A DNA stretch of 62,504 bases, counting the filler. It is 20 parts of 20 records of this genome, joined end to end, with 100 filler letters (N's around TTAATTAATTAA, not from the genome) between each part and the next. Parts side by side here need not be neighbours in the genome. Positions count along the whole stretch, not along the records: positions 1 to 4,637 come from SRR11831580_4871; positions 4,738 to 7,869 come from SRR11831580_4881; positions 7,970 to 11,081 come from SRR11831580_4902; positions 11,182 to 13,799 come from SRR11831580_4941; 16 more parts are not named here. One strand, written 5' to 3'. A model generated the notes under the pieces. It saw nothing but the letters and a program-made list of their open reading frames with translations, had not been told where the DNA came from and made no database searches. The position numbers and the translations under genes are program-made. Shown piece by piece: positions 1-12,000 of this stretch (its first letter is position 1; each line of letters starts with the position of its first letter).

Positions 1-161
1 ATAGCTTCAAAAACCACCTGAGGCGGCAGGCTAAGTTGTTTCGCCGCCAGCTCGCTGATGATTTCCAGGGCGCGTTTTTTGCTCTGACAGTGGACGCGGC
101 TTCGCGTACATTCCCTGTTAAGAACACTGCTAAGCTGTAGAGTTGTATCATTATTTGTCAT
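1..161 (-). CDS. ptsN: PTS IIA(Ntr), 5' part (cut by window edge)
   Basis: Minus strand MTNNDTTLQLSSVLNRECTRSRVHCQSKKRALEIISELAAKQ; downstream of hpf in the rpoN operon. Confidence 0.93.
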   Translation of the reverse strand, partial: MTNNDTTLQLSSVLNRECTRSRVHCQSKKRALEIISELAAKQLSLPPQVVFEA

Positions 162-278
162 AATTTCACCTAAGAACCTGCCCACTCAAACAGTGGAACA
201 GGCTCGGAGCATTAACCGTACAAATGGCCCGTTGTGCCGCACAACAGACCGCCATGCACATGCTAATTGCCCGGACAA

Positions 279-566
279 TTAGTGTTGTTTCAGTTTATCT
301 TTATGTTTGGTCAACTGGCGTGCCAGCTTATCAATTAAGCCATCAATGGCAGCGTACATGTCCTGACCTTCCGCGCTGGCATGAATTTCACCACCGTTTA
401 CATGCAGTGTTGCATCTGAGGTGTGGGTGACTTTCTCCACTTTCAGAACAACATAGACCTGGTTGATTCGGTCAAAATATTGCTCAAGTTTGGCAAATTT
501 GGCTGTAACAAATTCGCGCAGTGCCTCGGTGATCTCGACGTTATTTCCGGTAATGTTGAGCTGCAT
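279..566 (-). CDS. hpf: Ribosome hibernation promoting factor
   Basis: MQLNITGNNVEITEALREF...KLKQH, 95 aa; the ORF track start at 650 is an over-extension. Confidence 0.97.
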   Translation of the reverse strand: MQLNITGNNVEITEALREFVTAKFAKLEQYFDRINQVYVVLKVEKVTHTSDATLHVNGGEIHASAEGQDMYAAIDGLIDKLARQLTKHKDKLKQH

Positions 567-588
567 AGTGTCTTCCTTATCGGTTGGG

Positions 589-2022
589 TCAAACGAGTTG
601 TTTACGCTGGTTTGACGGCGGAATGGATAAAGACTCTCGGTACTTCGCAACAGTGCGGCGTGCCACCATGATACCTTGTTCCGACAGCAAAGAGGTTAAC
701 TTGCTGTCGCTCAACGGTTTCGCTGGGTTTTCCGCCGCGATTAATTTCTTCACCAGCGCACGAATCGCCGTGGAGGAAGCTTCGCCGCCGCCCTCGGTAT
801 TGACGTGACTGGAAAAGAAATACTTCAGTTCAAAAATGCCTCGTGGACTATGCAGGTATTTTTGCGTGGTCACGCGAGATATCGTCGATTCATGCATTTC
901 GACAGCCTGGGCGATATCGGCCAGTACCATCGGTTTCATATATTCTTCACCTTGCTCAAAGAAGGCTTGCTGCTGTTCAACGATACAGCGACTCACGCGC
1001 AGTAGCGTATCGTTACGGCTTTCCAGACTCTTGATCAACCATTTGGCATCCTGCAGATTGCTGCGGATAAACTGGCTGTCACCATCGTTGCGCGCGTTAT
1101 TGCACATCGAGGCGTAGTGCTGGTTGATTTGCAGACGCGGAATGCTGTCACTGTTGAGTTCTACCGTCCAGTGACCGTTATGCTTACGCACCAGCACATC
1201 TGGAATGACATACTCAGGTTCGCCAGTCTGGATCGACTGCCCGGGGCGCGGATCGAGCGACTGGATCAGATTGACGGCTTCTTTCAGCACATCTTCTTTC
1301 AGACGCGTGACGCGCATTAAAGTGCGGAAGTCGTGATTGGCTAACAGATCGAGATGATCGCTAATGATCAGTCTGGCCTCTTCCAGCCACGGCGTGGTCT
1401 TATCGAATTGGGAGAGTTGGATCAGCAGACAGTCACGCAGATCTTTTGCCGCCACACCGACCGGATCAAACCGTTGGATCCGCTTAAGGACGGCTTCAAC
1501 TTCGTCGATGTCGATCTCTTCATCGCCTATACTTTCGAGAATATCTTCCAGCGGGACAGTCAGATAACCGGTTTCATCAACGGCATCGACGATAGAGGTA
1601 GCAATAGCGCGGTCAGTGTCGGAAAACGGTGTCAGCTCAACCTGCCACATCAGGTAATCCTGCAAGGTCTGCGTCGTTTCGCCCTGGTAGACCGGCAGCT
1701 CGTCGTCAATGTAGTCACCGCTGGTGCCGGATGGTGTACCAGCGGTGTAAATGGTGTCCCAACTGGCATCGAGCGGCAGCTCTTCCGGCATCTCTTTTTG
1801 TTCGAGCGCGTCGGCGGTGTCCAGCGTTTCACTGTCTTGCGTTTCGCGGGTGTCGATTTCTTCATGAGTGTCGATTTGCTCAAGCAGCGGATTACTCTCC
1901 AGCGCCTGCTGTAGCTCCTGCTGAAGTTCCAGCGTCGACAACTGCAACAGACGAATTGCCTGTTGGAGCTGTGGCGTCATCGCCAGTTGTTGGCTAAGCC
2001 TGAGTTGCAAACCTTGCTTCAT
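589..2022 (-). CDS. rpoN: RNA polymerase sigma-54 factor
   Basis: 477 aa, Q-rich region I, RpoN box [10 protein letters not shown]. Confidence 0.99.
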   Translation of the reverse strand: MKQGLQLRLSQQLAMTPQLQQAIRLLQLSTLELQQELQQALESNPLLEQIDTHEEIDTRETQDSETLDTADALEQKEMPEELPLDASWDTIYTAGTPSGTSGDYIDDELPVYQGETTQTLQDYLMWQVELTPFSDTDRAIATSIVDAVDETGYLTVPLEDILESIGDEEIDIDEVEAVLKRIQRFDPVGVAAKDLRDCLLIQLSQFDKTTPWLEEARLIISDHLDLLANHDFRTLMRVTRLKEDVLKEAVNLIQSLDPRPGQSIQTGEPEYVIPDVLVRKHNGHWTVELNSDSIPRLQINQHYASMCNNARNDGDSQFIRSNLQDAKWLIKSLESRNDTLLRVSRCIVEQQQAFFEQGEEYMKPMVLADIAQAVEMHESTISRVTTQKYLHSPRGIFELKYFFSSHVNTEGGGEASSTAIRALVKKLIAAENPAKPLSDSKLTSLLSEQGIMVARRTVAKYRESLSIPPSNQRKQLV

Positions 2023-2069
2023 GTTCAGAATCGTACTCTCCTGCTAAAACGTCGCAAACTTCTACCCTA

Positions 2070-2795
2070 TCAGAGTCTGAAGTCTTCCCCAAGGTATACA
2101 CGCTTAACGTGTTCGTCTTGTAAGATTTCTGTAGGCGTGCCGTGGGCGATCAAATGCCCCTGACTGACGATATAAGCGCGTTCACAAACCGCCAGTGTTT
2201 CACGCACGTTGTGGTCAGTGATCAGCACGCCCAGGCCGCTGTCGCGCAGGTGCTCAATGATGCGTTTAATGTCGATAACCGAGATCGGGTCAACCCCGGC
2301 AAACGGTTCGTCGAGCAGAATAAATTTCGGATTCGCAGCCAGTGCGCGGGCAATTTCTACACGGCGACGTTCACCCCCGGAGAGTGACTGCCCCATGCTG
2401 TCACGCAGGTGCTCAATGTGAAACTCTTCCATCAGCTCGTTCGCGCGGTCTTCACGTTGTTCAGCAGACAAGTCGTCACGAATTTGCAGTACCGCCATCA
2501 GGTTATCGTAAACGCTGAGGCGACGGAAAATGGAGGCTTCCTGTGGCAGATAGCCGATACCGCGGCGCGCGCGTGCATGCAGAGGCAGCAGACTGATATC
2601 GTCATCATCAATAATGATGTTGCCCGCATCGCGCGGCACAATGCCTACAACCATGTAGAAAGTGGTGGTCTTACCGGCACCGTTTGGCCCCAGCAGACCG
2701 ACAATTTCCCCGGAGTTGACGGTCAGGCTGACGTCTTCTACCACGCGACGGCCTTTATAGGCTTTTGCAAGGTTCTTTGCAGTTAATGTTGCCAT
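2070..2795 (-). CDS. lptB: LPS export ABC transporter ATPase
   Basis: 241 aa, Walker [14 protein letters not shown] signature. Confidence 0.99.
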
Positions 2796-2801
2796 AACGA
2801 A

Positions 2802-3359
2802 TTAATTACCCTTCTTCTGTGCCGGGGTCTGGCCTTTGTTGTTTTTGTCCTGCAGCTGCGACGGCACCAGAACGGTTGTTACGCGCTTGCCTTTGTCGCT
2901 GAAAGCCTGCATTTTCTGCTCTTTCACCAGGTAAGTGATCTTATCGCCCTTAATGTTGCTATCGACCTGCTGCAGATAAGCATTACCCGTCAGAACGACA
3001 AAATCTTTTGCCAGTTCGTAGTGCATCTGGGAAGCGTGACCTTCAACGGGTTTACCGTTGTCCTGCATCTGGTAGAACGTTGCCGGTTTACCGTAGCCGT
3101 CAATCACTTCTTTACCTTGTTCGCCGCCCGGACGGGTAACGACCACTTTGTCGGCATTAATTTTGATGGTGCCCTGGGTGACGATGACATTACCGGTAAA
3201 GGTAACCACGTTGCCTTGCATATCAAGAGATTGCTGGTCCGATTCAATGTGGATCGGCTGATCAGTGTCTCCGGTTACGGCAAATGCCGGAATGCTGGCG
3301 GCCAGAAGTGAGCTGGCAAGCACAAGATTAAGGCTGAGTTTGTTTGTTTTGAATTTCAT
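2802..3359 (-). CDS. lptA: LPS transport periplasmic protein
   Basis: MKFKTNKLSLNLVLASSLLAASIPAFA signal peptide, 185 aa. Confidence 0.98.
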   Translation of the reverse strand: MKFKTNKLSLNLVLASSLLAASIPAFAVTGDTDQPIHIESDQQSLDMQGNVVTFTGNVIVTQGTIKINADKVVVTRPGGEQGKEVIDGYGKPATFYQMQDNGKPVEGHASQMHYELAKDFVVLTGNAYLQQVDSNIKGDKITYLVKEQKMQAFSDKGKRVTTVLVPSQLQDKNNKGQTPAQKKGN

Positions 3360-3903
3360 AGGATGTTCTAACCTTTTCAATCAGCTCGGCGTTCTTGCTG
3401 CGTAAGTTGCCGCGCATTTTCAGACCGCTGGAGTTAAATGTTGTTCCGTATAACGTGACGAGGTCTTCAGAGGTAACATCCTGCGTCACCAGATTGATCT
3501 GCGCGTTATCCGTCGTGATTCTGCGAAGTTGAGAGTCTGGCACAAGTGCGTTGACTTCAACGTGTCCATATAAATAGAGCATCCGGTCATTGGTCAGCTT
3601 GGCTTTATCTGCTTTTACGGACCATGTCGGGATTTTATCCTTATCAAACGTGGTAAGTACCGGCTGCGTAAACCACGAAACGGCCTGATCGGAATAATAT
3701 TCAACGTGTTGAGCAATCAATCGATAGCTTAGTGCCCCTTCTGGGTTATAGACGAGCGTGTCCGTATGCTCGCTTTTATAGGTGGGATCATTGTTGTTGA
3801 CGACCACCTGGGCGGTATCGTCTTTTTCGGCCATATTAATGCCGATCATCACCAGAACCGCCAGTGATAGCACAATGATAACCCAACGTCTGGCTTTACT
3901 CAT
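3328..3903 (-). CDS. lptC: LPS export inner-membrane protein
   Basis: 191 aa, N-terminal TM helix, position between kdsC and lptA. Confidence 0.98.
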   Translation of the reverse strand: MSKARRWVIIVLSLAVLVMIGINMAEKDDTAQVVVNNNDPTYKSEHTDTLVYNPEGALSYRLIAQHVEYYSDQAVSWFTQPVLTTFDKDKIPTWSVKADKAKLTNDRMLYLYGHVEVNALVPDSQLRRITTDNAQINLVTQDVTSEDLVTLYGTTFNSSGLKMRGNLRSKNAELIEKVRTSYEIQNKQTQP

Positions 3904-4466
3904 ATCGATTGCCCTTTGGCTTCATCCAGTTTGCCCTGCGCCAGGAGTAATAAGTCGCAAACTTCGCGCACTGCGCCACGACCGCCAGCAATGCGCGTCA
4001 CGTAATCGGCGCGCGGGATCAACAGTGGATGCGCATCGGCCACGGCGACGCTTAAACCCACTTTTTCCATTACCGGCCAGTCGATGAGATCATCGCCGAC
4101 ATAAGCCACATTTTCCGGGGCAATCGCCAGTTTTTCCAGCAGATCGCTAAAGGCGATCAGTTTGTTTGACTGCCCCTGATACAAGTGAGTGATCCCCAAT
4201 GTGGCACAACGATCTTCTACCAGTTTAGCCTTTCGCCCGGTAATGATAGCGACTTCAATATCAGAGGTGAGCGCACAACGAATGCCATAACCGTCACGAA
4301 CATTGAACGCTTTCAGCTCTTCGCCATTATTGCCCATATAAATCAGGCCATCTGACAGTACGCCATCGACATCGAGGATCAGCAGACGAATGTTCTCTGC
4401 TTTTGCTATAACGTCGGCGCTGACAGGGCCGTAACAGGTCGCAAGCGACGCACCTGCTTTGCTCAT
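3900..4466 (-). CDS. kdsC: KDO 8-phosphate phosphatase
   Basis: 188 aa HAD motifs LDVDGVLSDG and GDDLID. Confidence 0.98.
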   Translation of the reverse strand: MSKAGASLATCYGPVSADVIAKAENIRLLILDVDGVLSDGLIYMGNNGEELKAFNVRDGYGIRCALTSDIEVAIITGRKAKLVEDRCATLGITHLYQGQSNKLIAFSDLLEKLAIAPENVAYVGDDLIDWPVMEKVGLSVAVADAHPLLIPRADYVTRIAGGRGAVREVCDLLLLAQGKLDEAKGQSI

Positions 4467-4486
4467 TGTTGTTTATCCTTGAATCT

Positions 4487-4637
4487 TTACACTACGCCTG
4501 CACGCAGTAAATCATGCATATGTAACACACCGAGTAAATGGTCGCCATCGGCAACCATCACGGAGGTGATATGGCGGGACTGCATTAAGTTCAGTGCCTC
4601 AACGGCCAGAATGCCAGGGCGCACACGTATTCCCCCC
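4487..4637 (-). CDS. kdsD: Arabinose-5-phosphate isomerase, 3' end
   Basis: CBS-domain tail ...LLGVLHMHDLLRAGVV*; synteny with kdsC. Confidence 0.92.
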
Positions 4638-4737
4638 NNNNNNNNNNNNNNNNNNNNNNNNNNNNNNNNNNNNNNNNNNNNTTAATTAATTAANNNNNNN
4701 NNNNNNNNNNNNNNNNNNNNNNNNNNNNNNNNNNNNN
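4638..4737. other. Artificial contig spacer N44-TTAATTAATTAA-N44 (first of 19)
   Basis: Identical 100-bp spacers start at 4638, 7870, 11082, 13800, 18197, 20525, 22977, 25271, 29513, 31796, 34749, 39066, 43924, 46701, 49667, 52268, 54792, 57902, 60015; the core gives stops in all six frames. Confidence 0.99.
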
Positions 4738-4762
4738 TGTGTGTGTGTGTGTGTGTGTGTGT
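4738..4762 (+). repeat. (TG)12 microsatellite at contig edge, intronic
   Basis: Perfect TG dinucleotide run upstream of the acceptor at 4827. Confidence 0.95.
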
Positions 4763-4827
4763 TCCGTGATTCATAAACCCGTTCCACGATGCGGCGATGT
4801 ATGCTCACTGTTTGCGTGATTGTGCAG

Positions 4828-7800
4828 GATTTCATTCGGGAGATACAGACCCCATTTACGCAGTTCTCTGCGAAAGACAGAGCCGCAGCAGAACCGTTCC
4901 TCCCACCGCTGACACGATGTTGTCGTCGCGTTCTCAGCGCACATCATCGACTCACCCACCGTCCCTTCTGCGGGCTGGGATGCGCCGACGTGCACCCAAA
5001 TCTCCTCTGTGAACAGCTCAACGGCCTCGGTCTGGACGCGGTGTCGGTGGGGAAGGTTGTGAGCGTGGACCTGGACATGTGTGAGCGGGTGCGGTGTCGG
5101 GAGGTGCAGAAGGCCTGGATCGACGTGCTGCTAGACCGTGTGTACACGGCAGAACATCCTCTCAGGCGCGCAGGGTACGTGAGTGGGCCTATCTCTGCGC
5201 GTACTAGCGGTTACAGATGTCCCATTGTGTCATTGTATGATATCGCGATCGTGCCGTGTGCGTCCAGCACGTATCCCATCCTTCTCCACACTGCGGTCTA
5301 AGATGTGGCTTTGGCCGTGTCGTACCATACTCTGCATGTACCCATCTCTCGCAGGGATCGTCTTTCCTTCTCCCGTATGCGCTGACCCTACTTGATGCAG
5401 AGTACTGCTCGAGCGGGCCAAGCTCTATGCCCAGCTGCGGCTCACTCTGTCGGACAGCGTGTCCGCCTCTACGCAAGCCATCCAGCTTCTGACTCCCTTG
5501 TTCCCGCCCGCACCCGCCCAACTCACACTGGCCCGCAAACTGGCGTCCCCCTCGATAGACGATGCTGGGGCGCTGTACACGGGCGATCTGCTGGCTCAAG
5601 GGTATCTGTGGAGGGGGATTCGAGGACGGTCAATTCCTGCATCGACGGCGGATGGGTCGTGTGCGTCCACGGAGACACCAGCGGATTACGAGTGTGCACA
5701 GGCGGATATCGCATGCGCGGTGCAGACGTGGGTGCAGCACTTCAAAGTGGGAGCACTGTGTGTCAGCACGGAGACGACGCTGCAGAGCCTACGTACGTAT
5801 TGCTGCGAGTGGGAGGCGGAACGGAGTTTGTGTTGTGTGCGATCAGTCATTCAGAATCGAGTTGTGACAGTGTTCTGTAGGGATGGTTCAAGATCTGTAC
5901 CGCCTGCTCGAGTGTCATCAGGACTACATCCTCGTGTCGGATATGATATCACACTTGCAACAGCGGCTCTCTCCCACCTCACAGTCCTCTGCATCCTCCT
6001 CCAGCGGTCTCGTGCCGGGTTCAGATTCTGGCGACGCGGTTGATGCGTTGTCTGATGCGCTAAACACGCTGGCTCTGAGTGAGCCCAAGACGGTGGAGGA
6101 GGGGTTGGATGTGGCACAGCAGCGCTATGAGCTTGCGGAGAGGCACTTTTCTGAGGTACTATTGGCGACTCTTCCTCCTATGACGCTGTACATACGGAAC
6201 CTTTCATGCGCAGCTTATGCTTCCATACTGCCGCACACAGTACCTGTCTTCATCGTGTGTATGATGGGGCGCACTTATTATTCACACGTAAGACTGCTCT
6301 TCTCACCGTTCCTCACGCTCACGTATCATGTAGGGGAACGGAAGCGCATCGTTGGTGCATGCACACAGCGCGTTGTCGGTGTGGGCGTCGATACTGAAAG
6401 GCGGACCGGACTGCAGCCGGAGGATCTCGCAATGGTCGCTGTTTCGGGTATGTTGGGTCGAATGTTGATGTGCGTGGTGCGTGTATGTGCGTATTTGTGT
6501 GTGCATATATTTGCATGTTGTTTGATAGCCGGTGTAACCTGCTTCGTTTATTTGTGGTCTCCGTATCTTGAACATGGCTGGGAACATCATTAATTTATAC
6601 GCGCTTCTGTACGGTGTAGATGTACCTCCAGAGTGTCATGCTTGCGGTCCGTGTCAACATGGTCCTCGGGAGCCCCTCACTCAGTGAATATTGGCTCATG
6701 AAAGGCATCACAGCCGCCTCAGACGCGTCTATACCCTCATGGCATGCGCGGCTTCTGCGTACGCGGGCGGATCTGAAGTGGAGGCAGTGTAGCTGGGCAC
6801 AGTGCAAGCAGCTGCTGGAGCAGAGTGGGCAGGTTTCGGTATGTGGGTGGTTGCTGGTTTGCTGGGTTTCCGTTTCGTGAGATCGTTGTCTGAACGAGAG
6901 ACTAAAAGTGGGATCACACCGTGCTCTGTGTTGTAAGATGGTTGGGCTTATGTAATTACGAACAGGGCTATCGTGTGGCGCTGTTGGACAAGTGTGACAA
7001 GCACATTCTGGAGGGGAACGTACTGCTCACCAGAGAATCCTGGGAGAAGGCGCTAGAGCAATATTCCAAAGCGTCTGATGCGCTCAAGCAACATCGTTCG
7101 CATGCGGCCAAGTTTGCGGTTCATTTTGAGGCGTTCTATGCGTGTGATGAGCCGGCGCTGGTACAACGTGAAGCGATAGTGCTCTCGCACGCTGCCGCTG
7201 CTTTGGTGCGTACCGTGTCACGCAACTGACACTCTACAGTTCTCATTTTCCTTTTCCGTATTCGATCTGAATCTACACATCTCAACACACATACTAACAT
7301 ATATGCGTGTAAGTGATCTCTACCTGCGATATCTTTATGCGGTACTGACAAACTTTCATTTCGGAACACAGGTGGGGAAGGGAGATTACGAAGCTGCTGA
7401 ACTTCAACTGAATGAGGCGTTGGGGATGCCGCACACACATGCGCATGAACGTGTATGTTGAGTGTGGATTGTAGTTGTCAGTCTCGAGCATGAACCTTTT
7501 GCACTGCTGTTGCTATTCGGTTGTTCTGTATGGTACCAACTTATGTCATCGTCTCTGGAATATTGATCCCGTACTGTCTGTGACTAGGCGTTTGCGATGT
7601 ACACGCTCGCACAAGCACACCTGCACCGCGTACCACAAGACGACCTCGACGCACTGTGGCACTGCGTACACACACACAATCTTTCCTCTCTCGCTCACAC
7701 CGCCCCCACCACCATCACCACCACCACCAGCAGCACTTCTGTCAAATCATCTTCCAGGAAAAAGACCGCAGCGCTGCCCTCCCCACCACAACCCGCTCTA

Positions 7801-7869
7801 TTATCATCGCGTGCGAGACTAGATGAGGCGGTGTCACTGTTACGAAGGGCTCTGGCGCTCTGTGGGGGC
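4828..7869 (+). CDS. ESP1: Eukaryotic multi-exon helical-repeat protein, probable separase (internal fragment)
   Basis: Spliced segments DVLLDRVYTAEHPLRRAG|VLLERAKL, DLLAQGYLWRGI, ADIACAVQTW, TETTLQSL|MVQDLYRLL and YLQSVMLAVRVNMVLGSPSLSEYWLMKG resemble, in order, the TPR-like region of plant/animal separase as I recall it; protease domain not on contig. Confidence 0.55.
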
Positions 7870-7969
7870 NNNNNNNNNNNNNNNNNNNNNNNNNNNNNNN
7901 NNNNNNNNNNNNNTTAATTAATTAANNNNNNNNNNNNNNNNNNNNNNNNNNNNNNNNNNNNNNNNNNNN

Positions 7970-9183
7970 AGGTAGATAACGTCCGGTTTTTCCTGGGCGT
8001 TATCCAGGGCCAGTTGCACCTGTTCCAGAATCCGCGTCAGTGGCTGGCTGAGGGCGCTTTCCAGCCCTCGCTGGCTAATCAGCGTAGCCAGTTCATTGCT
8101 GATAAACGGCAGTGAGGCGCGGGTTTCCGCTACGCTTGAAAGAGCAATTTTGCACTCTTCTGCGCTACGCACCAGGCGATAGCTTAAACGCTGACGCCAG
8201 ACTTTCTGTAACAGGGCCACTTTTTCCGGTTCGCGGGCATCGCGTACCAGATCGTTAAGCAGACGACCGTTGGCACTACTGTAGAAATCACTCTGCGCAG
8301 GTACGTCGTTGATGGCAACCGCATTCCACCACGGCAGGATCGGCAGGGCGATGCCTTTTTCGGTTTCGCCACCCATACCCAGCAGTGGCATCAGGTTTTT
8401 AAACGCCAGCGCGATATCCAGATCGTTACCGCCAATACGGCAACCACTGTGACCCAGCAGGCTGGCTTCACGATCGAGACGCGAACGCCACTGCGGCCCC
8501 ATCAGCAGCAATGAACAGTCAGTCGTACCACCGCCGATATCCACCACCAGCACCCGTTTTTCTTCCTGCAAGGTGGCTTCGTAATCCAGCCCAGCCGCGA
8601 CCGGCTCGTACTGGAATACCACGTCCCTGAATCCGGCACGCTTCGCCGCGCGTTCCAGAATCCCTTGCGCCTGGGTGTTTGCTTCATCACCGCCCAGCCC
8701 CTGGAAGTTGATCGGACGACCAATCACCGCCTGAGTAATCGCTTCTGGCAGCTGTGCCTGCGCCTGCTGGCGAATGTGCAACATCATTGCGCAGACCAGA
8801 TCCTCAAACAGCGCTACCTGCTGCGGTTTTAAGCCGCTGGCACCGAGGAACGATTTTGGTGATTTCACAAACCACACTTCTTCTGGATCATCAATGTACT
8901 GTGCCAGTGAGGAAAGACCGAACTGCACGCTTTTCGCCGTAACATCGATATCTTCTTCGCGGTTATAACGAATCGCCCGACGTAACAGCGCCTGCGTTTC
9001 ATCGTCGTCTGCCGGAACATCATGATGGCGGTACAGCCATTCGCTTACCGCTTCACGCGTTGGCGCGCAAAGCATTGAAGGCAGCAGCGTGCTGTCGTTT
9101 TCCATTTTTAGCAAATGCGGTTTACCGTCACGCATGACCGCCACTGAACAGTTTGCTGTACCGTAATCAAAACCAATAAACAC
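7970..9183 (-). CDS. yegD: Hsp70-family protein, 3' truncated
   Basis: GTG start, FIGFDYGTANC and VDIGGGTTD actin-fold motifs; divergent from alkA. Confidence 0.96.
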
Positions 9184-9256
9184 GAAATAATCCCCATGCC
9201 GGTGAAGAAGGGGCGTGACTTTAGCGAAATGTTGCCGTCGCGACAACCGGAATATG

Positions 9257-9269
9257 AAAGCAAAGCGCA
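9257..9269 (+). promoter_or_regulatory. Ada-binding region of the alkA promoter
   Basis: AAAGCAAAGCGCA containing Ada box AAAGCGCA about 50 bp upstream of alkA. Confidence 0.75.
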
Positions 9270-9316
9270 GCGTCTGAATAACGTTTATGCTGAAAGCGGA
9301 TGAATAAGGAGATGCG

Positions 9317-10165
9317 ATGTATACCCTGAACTGGCAGCCGCCGTATGACTGGTCGTGGATGTTGGGATTTCTCGCCGCCCGTGCGGTGAGCAGTGTGGAA
9401 ACGGTCGCGGACAGTTATTATGCCCGTAGTCTGGCGGTGGGCGAATATCGCGGCGTGGTGACTGCTATTCCGGATATAGCCCGCCATACTCTGCACATAA
9501 ATTTAAGTGCAGGTTTAGAACCTGTTGCCGCAGAGTGTCTGGCGAAAATGAGCCGCCTGTTTGATCTGCAATGTAACCCACAAATTGTTAACGGTGCGTT
9601 GGGCAGGTTAGGCGCGGCGCGGCCCGGATTGCGTTTACCCGGCTGTGTTGATGCTTTTGAGCAGGGCGTGCGGGCGATTTTAGGCCAACTGGTGAGCGTG
9701 GCGATGGCGGCAAAATTGACCGCCAGAGTGGCACAGCTTTATGGCGAACGGCTGGATGATTTTCCGGAGTATATCTGCTTCCCGACGCCTCAGCGGCTGG
9801 CAGCAGCAGACCCGCAGGCATTAAAAGCGTTAGGTATGCCGTTGAAACGGGCAGAGGCGCTGATTCATCTGGCAAATGCGGCGCTGGAGGGCACCTTACC
9901 AATGACAATACCGGGCGATGTGGAGCAGGCGATGAAAACGCTGCAAACTTTTCCGGGTATCGGGCGCTGGACGGCGAATTATTTTGCTTTGCGTGGCTGG
10001 CAGGCGAAAGATGTTTTCCTGCCGGATGATTATCTGATTAAACAGCGATTTCCGGGAATGACACCGGCGCAAATCCGCCGTTATGCCGAGCGCTGGAAGC
10101 CCTGGCGTTCTTATGCGCTGTTGCATATCTGGTATACGGAAGGCTGGCAACCAGACGAAGCATGA
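9317..10165 (+). CDS. alkA: DNA-3-methyladenine glycosylase II
   Basis: 282 aa, HhH motif FPGIGRWTA, FLPDD. Confidence 0.99.
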   Translation: MYTLNWQPPYDWSWMLGFLAARAVSSVETVADSYYARSLAVGEYRGVVTAIPDIARHTLHINLSAGLEPVAAECLAKMSRLFDLQCNPQIVNGALGRLGAARPGLRLPGCVDAFEQGVRAILGQLVSVAMAAKLTARVAQLYGERLDDFPEYICFPTPQRLAAADPQALKALGMPLKRAEALIHLANAALEGTLPMTIPGDVEQAMKTLQTFPGIGRWTANYFALRGWQAKDVFLPDDYLIKQRFPGMTPAQIRRYAERWKPWRSYALLHIWYTEGWQPDEA

Positions 10166-10173
10166 CGTTGGTC

Positions 10174-10257
10174 GCCGGATGCGGTGCGAGCGCCTTATCC
10201 GGCCTGGGGAATGAGCGATTTGTAGGCATGATAAGACGCGTTAGCGTCGCATCAGGC
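10174..10257. repeat. REP/BIME pair
   Basis: GCCGGATGCGG...CCTTATCCGGCCT plus inverted GTAGGCATGATAAGACGCG...GCATCAGGC between convergent genes. Confidence 0.92.
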
Positions 10258-10273
10258 GATGGGGAAGCACGCC

Positions 10274-11081
10274 TCAGTTAATCGCGAAATAACTACTATT
10301 CACCAGCAAATCCAGCGGTTGGGCATCGGCAATCACCTCACCATAAATCAGATCGACGCCGATGCCAGAAAGCGTATCCATCACTAAGGGTAAAACGACT
10401 GGCCCGGCGATGGTTTTCATCCCGAGTCGCTGAGCGTGCCCCTGAATAATCGTAATCAGCATCTCATCCATCAAATTACCCTGCACGTTGGCGCATAACT
10501 CACCATCAAGTAGCAGGTAATCTGCCATATTCGCTTTCAGCGAGTTGAAGATTTGCAGATCGCGGCCCACCTGGCTGAGCACTATCCGACATCCCGCCAG
10601 CCGCAGTTTTTGCACGCTTTCTGCGTGATCTAAAATCGCTTCAGCCGGAATAATCAGATGTAATAACCGTGGTGGTAGAGGGCTATTTTCCAGCTGCTCA
10701 AGCAGATCATTCACCAGCGTGGCGCTACTCAAACCGGCAACGGAAAGGGGGAGGGAGATGCTTATGCCTTTACTGGCAACCGCTTTTGCGGCCTGCTGGA
10801 AAAATTCGTGGAATACCCGGCGGTCAAGAGCATGGCTAAGCGCCGGATCGCTGAAGCTACGACGAAATGTTTGTTCATCAATAATCTCGCCTTCGCAACT
10901 CCAGAGCTTAAGTGAAATCAGCCACAAATTACGCGCTTCCGGGATCCGTGGCGAAGCGACACCGTGGGCGAGCATCATCAACTGATTCTCTTTAATCATC
11001 CGCCACTGTTCATCAAGCGACATCGCCGCCCGTTCGCTATGTGCGGCAGCTTGCTGCGGTTCGTAAACCGTCACCCGGCCC
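10274..11081 (-). CDS. dgcE: Diguanylate cyclase DgcE (YegE), C-terminal degenerate EAL domain
   Basis: C-terminus ...DAQPLDLLVNSSYFAIN*; convergent with alkA as in E. coli. Confidence 0.93.
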
Positions 11082-11181
11082 NNNNNNNNNNNNNNNNNNN
11101 NNNNNNNNNNNNNNNNNNNNNNNNNTTAATTAATTAANNNNNNNNNNNNNNNNNNNNNNNNNNNNNNNNNNNNNNNNNNNN

Positions 11182-12000
11182 CATACAAGTACAAGTTAGG
11201 GTAGTACATGGCGTCGAAAGGCTTTTCGGCTACTTGGCTAAGCGGTTTCTGCCGGATTCGCGGTACGTACTTCCGCAATATCAGTTTCGTGTGTGAAGCG
11301 AAGTTGTTACCAGGGTGCGTGTGGGTTAGGGTCACGTTGCGTCGAGTCTTCATTTTGACGGTTACATCGAACTTCTCCTCCTGTTCAATTCCCATGTACA
11401 TCCTCTCGTCCCTACCGTAATGTAATTTGCAAGTCTTTTGATTGCTCATGTAACAAGACAAGTCCATTGGAAAGCAGGCAGGCTCCGGCATACGTCGTTT
11501 ATTGTTTGACAAACATGCCCGTGCCTCTCTGCTGTTAAGTACGACGAACACTCGTCTCCAATTCGAAACAGTGTGGCGCAGTTACGCCTGTACACCACAG
11601 ACACGACAGACATTAGTGTCCATAAACCTCGGATCACGACACAAACGCATATCTGACGGACAAGTTGCTGCATGTAGCGAGTGTGGTGTACGACCACATA
11701 TCCATGAAACAATGATGGTGCAAAATCATCGTCATTACCCTGTGTGCGTTCGTGAAAACACAAAACGCGCCAGATACCGTAACACCCGCGGCTTTACCGA
11801 GTTGCATTTCCTTGTTGCCACTACGATTCGTGCTAAGGTTGATAAAGCCGCAACGTATGCAGCTCGAACAGTTCCCCCAGGTATACCAGCGAACGCATAT
11901 GACAGAAGGCAGAGGGTGGACATACGATGGTGCGCTCAGACTCTAACCTGTGCTGTAAACCCCACATGCAATGAAACCATAATACGGTGGCCGACAATGC
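11182..12000 (-). mobile_element. Possible decayed Helitron-like coding fragment
   Basis: Intron-free reading ...PLSQVAEKPFDAMYYPNLYLY resembles the E-x-x-x-F-P-x-L-F-P-x-G motif upstream of Helitron Rep domains; upstream frames broken by stops; no Rep or helicase motif visible. Confidence 0.22.
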
